From: Porphyridium purpureum
Lineage: Eukaryota
NCBI GenBank assembly: GCA_008690995.1
Contig: VRMN01000003.1
Span: forward strand, 744,001-808,000
Direction: 5' to 3'
Length of the DNA: 64,000 nt
Shown here: positions 61,042 through 64,000 of the stretch, in pieces
Layout: every line of letters begins with the position of its first letter
Numbering within the stretch: position 1 is the first letter of the stretch
Notes under the pieces: generated by a model
The model's input: the letters and a program-made list of their open reading frames with translations, nothing else
Told to the model about the DNA's origin: nothing
Databases searched by the model: none
Translations under genes and position numbers: made by a program

Positions 61042-64000
61042 AAGGCACGCTTCCACAGCACCGAACTCACGCCATTCAAGGCGATGACGCACAGCAGCTG
61101 CGCGCGAAAGCCGACGCTCAAGTAGTCCAGCTCCAGCCAGCGCCCAATCAAGCTGTGCATCCCCACATACCGGTTCTCACCGACGCTCAACACCACCAGC
61201 AGAAGACACGCAAGGGTTAGCACACTCACAAGCCATAGGAACGCGCGGTTCTCCGAAAAGCGCTGCCGATACGGCGGTCCCAGGTTGAACACCACGCACG
61301 CAAGAATGTACTGGAAGTTCGTGACCAGGAACAGCGACGTGTTCTCCACCAGCATGACCATCGGCGAGTTCTTCTTTTCGATCACGGCCTGCACGCCTGC
61401 AAGATCCGTGTCAAGTCCATTCCAGTGCACAAGTGCCACGGTTCCGACTTGGAATATCAGCATGATCGCGGCCTGACCAAAAACCGACACCAGCACGCGG
61501 CGCTCGCTTAGCGCGACAGGCGGTTTGATGTGCGTCAGGCGCGGAGCGCAAGACAGCTTGCCAACCAGAATTCCGAGGGGAATAATCAAAATGAGGTCCA
61601 CGTAAAGGAATTGGCCATCACCGAAAGTGCTCCCCACCTGGTAAAGCAGCGCTACCGCATACAGCTGGATGAGTGAGTAGAGAAACATGAACGCAAAGGC
61701 GCCCAGCGACGCATCTGCCGCAGCACGGCCTTCCAGAATTGTCTCACGCATGGCCTGGATAGAAGCAACACGAGACGTGAGCGGCGCAGCGAGAGATGCA
61801 GTTGCATCTGCGTCTATACCTTCGCAAAGGGACACACCCACCATTGCTTCCTTCAGCGCAGCCGCGTCATTCGCACCATCCCCGCACATACCCACTTCTG
61901 TACATACCTCGGCTCGCAGAAGCCGCACCAGAGATGCTTTGTCATTGGCTGACATGCGAGCAAACACCGCACCGTGCTCCAGCACCGCGCGGAACGGGAG
62001 CATTTTTTTGTCTACCTCACTGACGCCGGTGTCGCTCCGCTGCTGTTGCAGGAGCTGCTGTTTGCGGCTGCTTAGAACGGTATATTCTTCTGCTAGGCGG
62101 CGGAATGCGGCGCCTGTTACAGCAACTTGGACTGTTGGTGACGCTACGCGCACAATCGACTGCTCGGGAAGAAGTCCAACCTGGAAGCCCAGGGCTTCCA
62201 GCAACTGCTTTCGGGTCCACTTCGTATTGCTTTGAGCATCAACGAAAATAACATTACTGTGCGTATGAGCACCGCTGCTGTTGCTGCTGGACTTGCCGGC
62301 TTGCACATCCGCAACTATCACCCGATGCCGCGTATTCAAGATACCACACTGCTTGGCAACACTTATCGCAGTACGAGAGTGGTCACCAGTCACCATAACG
62401 CAGCGCAAATCGCCACTTTCGCGCAAGTCTCGGAGGACCGGCGTCGTGTCCGATTTGAGCCGGTTTTCTAGCACAACCAGCCCGAGAAATTTCAGGTCCC
62501 GTTCCAGCCGCGCCCGTGGCACCCGTCTAACGTCCGGGAGTTTGAGCTTGCCCCCGCCGCTGCTGCCAGGGACAAAGTCTCTATCTTGCTGGAGCTCGCG
62601 CGCCGCGATTGCCAAAATGCGAAGACCCTGCTGCGCGTACTCGGTGAGTACCTTGTGCAAGTTCGCGGGCACAGATGATCGCACGCATTTCATTGCCACG
62701 ATCTCAGGCGCACCCTTCACAAAGACAAAGGACTTGCCCGTTTCAGGAGCACCATTCTGATCCTTACCGCGCAACGGAGAGATTTGTGCCACGACTCCCA
62801 TGCGCGCTAGCTCTGGATCAAAGTCAAGCAGCCTCAGCACATGAATTTGCTCGTTTCGCTCCTCATCAAAAACACGAAACACAAAGCGAGGCTTCTTCGT
62901 GTTCGCCTGCTTGACGCCAATGCCCCTGCTCGACTCATCAGTCAGCTGCTGCTTTGCGTCATGCACCTCAGCGTTGGCCTTGGCCTTCACCCCACCATTC
63001 CCTATTACAGTCGGGCCTGATGCGTTGTCAATTCCACGGACGTAGCCATCGCCGCCCTGCATGGTCGCCGACGTTTGCAGAGTCCAGCGACTCAGCTCAA
63101 ACAGGCGAACGTCCACCTCATCACCCACAATTTCATTGTCGACCCATGCAAGCGAGTGGCACGTTGCAAGAACACGCTCCACCTCACACGGCCATGTGCG
63201 CGCCGCAAAATCAACAAACGGTTCGCTGAACTCGGCATGGCGTTTTCGCTTCGTAGACCCTGCGCCGACCTGCGCTTGCGGCGTCGGCTCCGTTGGCGCC
63301 GATGCTGGAGGTCGAGGCGTGGCAAGGCGCAGCGAGCGCACATCTAAGCCAAGGTCCGTCAGCGTGCCAGTCTTGTCAAAGCAAAGCACCTGCAGCCACG
63401 CGGCGCGCGCCACGCACGCTGCCTCAACGCACAAAATACGTTTCTTTTCCAGACGGGAAAGCGCAAAGACAAGGCCAAATGTAATGGTGGCGGGAAGCGC
63501 GGGCGGCACGGCAATGGTCAGCAAATCAAGGCCGTCCAAGATGGGTTCCAAGCCGTGCATGTGAAAATGCTTGCGGAAGTGGCGGATTGTTATCACGCTC
63601 ATGGTCACACCGACCACGAGCAAGCAGAGCACAACGACGTACGCCTGCCTCTGCATGTGGTTCTCGTTCGAGGTAAGCTTGTCCTTACCCCCGACGATGA
63701 TATCGCGAACCAGTTCACCTCGTACCGTCGCCGCGCCGGTGCGTACCACCAAGCCACGAGGGTTGTCTCGCGCTTCCACAATCCAGGTACCAGCGAAGCC
63801 CATATGCTCGCTCTTCGACCACGTGTCCTCATGCGACTTGGTCTCGGGGGCCGTGCTGCTAATCATGGGCGTAAGCCCTTCAACAGCAAAAAAGTCTCCT
63901 TCATCATAAGTCTGATCGAACGAAACCAGAGCCGCGCCCGTGCCCTCCGCGAATTCATCATCGTAGTCCTCGTACTCATCATCTGAACGGTTGCCGCCGT
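61035..64000 (-). CDS. P5B-type P-ATPase (ATP13A/Ypk9-like), 5'-partial
   Basis: TM4 PPALP (P5B signature; P5A has PPELP), DKTGTLT, KGAPE, TGD and GDGAND motifs. The frame stays open from 63866 to the window edge. Confidence 0.93.
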   Translation of the reverse strand, partial: GGNRSDDEYEDYDDEFAEGTGAALVSFDQTYDEGDFFAVEGLTPMISSTAPETKSHEDTWSKSEHMGFAGTWIVEARDNPRGLVVRTGAATVRGELVRDIIVGGKDKLTSNENHMQRQAYVVVLCLLVVGVTMSVITIRHFRKHFHMHGLEPILDGLDLLTIAVPPALPATITFGLVFALSRLEKKRILCVEAACVARAAWLQVLCFDKTGTLTDLGLDVRSLRLATPRPPASAPTEPTPQAQVGAGSTKRKRHAEFSEPFVDFAARTWPCEVERVLATCHSLAWVDNEIVGDEVDVRLFELSRWTLQTSATMQGGDGYVRGIDNASGPTVIGNGGVKAKANAEVHDAKQQLTDESSRGIGVKQANTKKPRFVFRVFDEERNEQIHVLRLLDFDPELARMGVVAQISPLRGKDQNGAPETGKSFVFVKGAPEIVAMKCVRSSVPANLHKVLTEYAQQGLRILAIAARELQQDRDFVPGSSGGGKLKLPDVRRVPRARLERDLKFLGLVVLENRLKSDTTPVLRDLRESGDLRCVMVTGDHSRTAISVAKQCGILNTRHRVIVADVQAGKSSSNSSGAHTHSNVIFVDAQSNTKWTRKQLLEALGFQVGLLPEQSIVRVASPTVQVAVTGAAFRRLAEEYTVLSSRKQQLLQQQRSDTGVSEVDKKMLPFRAVLEHGAVFARMSANDKASLVRLLRAEVCTEVGMCGDGANDAAALKEAMVGVSLCEGIDADATASLAAPLTSRVASIQAMRETILEGRAAADASLGAFAFMFLYSLIQLYAVALLYQVGSTFGDGQFLYVDLILIIPLGILVGKLSCAPRLTHIKPPVALSERRVLVSVFGQAAIMLIFQVGTVALVHWNGLDTDLAGVQAVIEKKNSPMVMLVENTSLFLVTNFQYILACVVFNLGPPYRQRFSENRAFLWLVSVLTLACLLLVVLSVGENRYVGMHSLIGRWLELDYLSVGFRAQLLCVIALNGVSSVLWKRAFG

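Overview
Gene-dense, GC-rich eukaryotic nuclear DNA with essentially no introns: 3-8 kb genes such as SPT16, ACC1 and CABIN1 are single uninterrupted ORFs. Phe-containing plastid-type presequences (MAFGV, MALFV, MTLHFV) and the gene complement suggest a unicellular red alga (Porphyridium-like); this is an inference. About 25 protein genes are recognisable: SPT16, LSM2, a SixA-like phosphatase, organellar AlaRS, EIPR1/TSSC1, PP2A B'', citramalate synthase, mitochondrial ACP, a nucleotide-sugar transporter, an RHD3/Sey1-like GTPase, a tweety/prominin-like protein, a C9orf78-like protein, APC10, Fpg, ACC1, a mucin-like protein, RER1, Sec1, ferrochelatase, a bZIP, RBM42-like, EF-Ts, CABIN1 and a P5B ATPase. 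A full-length Tc1 (DD34E) transposon with TIRs and TA duplication is also present. Most notable: (1) at the left edge, a MACPF/CDC-like ORF continues in frame through a single TAG into an AIG1/GIMAP-like P-loop GTPase domain, a candidate pore-former plus immunity-GTPase fusion that the ORF track misses; (2) a heptamer ACTGTAC/GTACAGT recurs in pairs in upstream intergenic regions; (3) two divergent genes appear to share one CATG for their start codons; (4) the Fpg gene has a 1-nt frameshift; (5) the ferrochelatase carries a bacterial-type Cys insertion suggestive of a [2Fe-2S] cluster, with a Tc1 element inserted just upstream. All family assignments come from motif recognition, not database searches.
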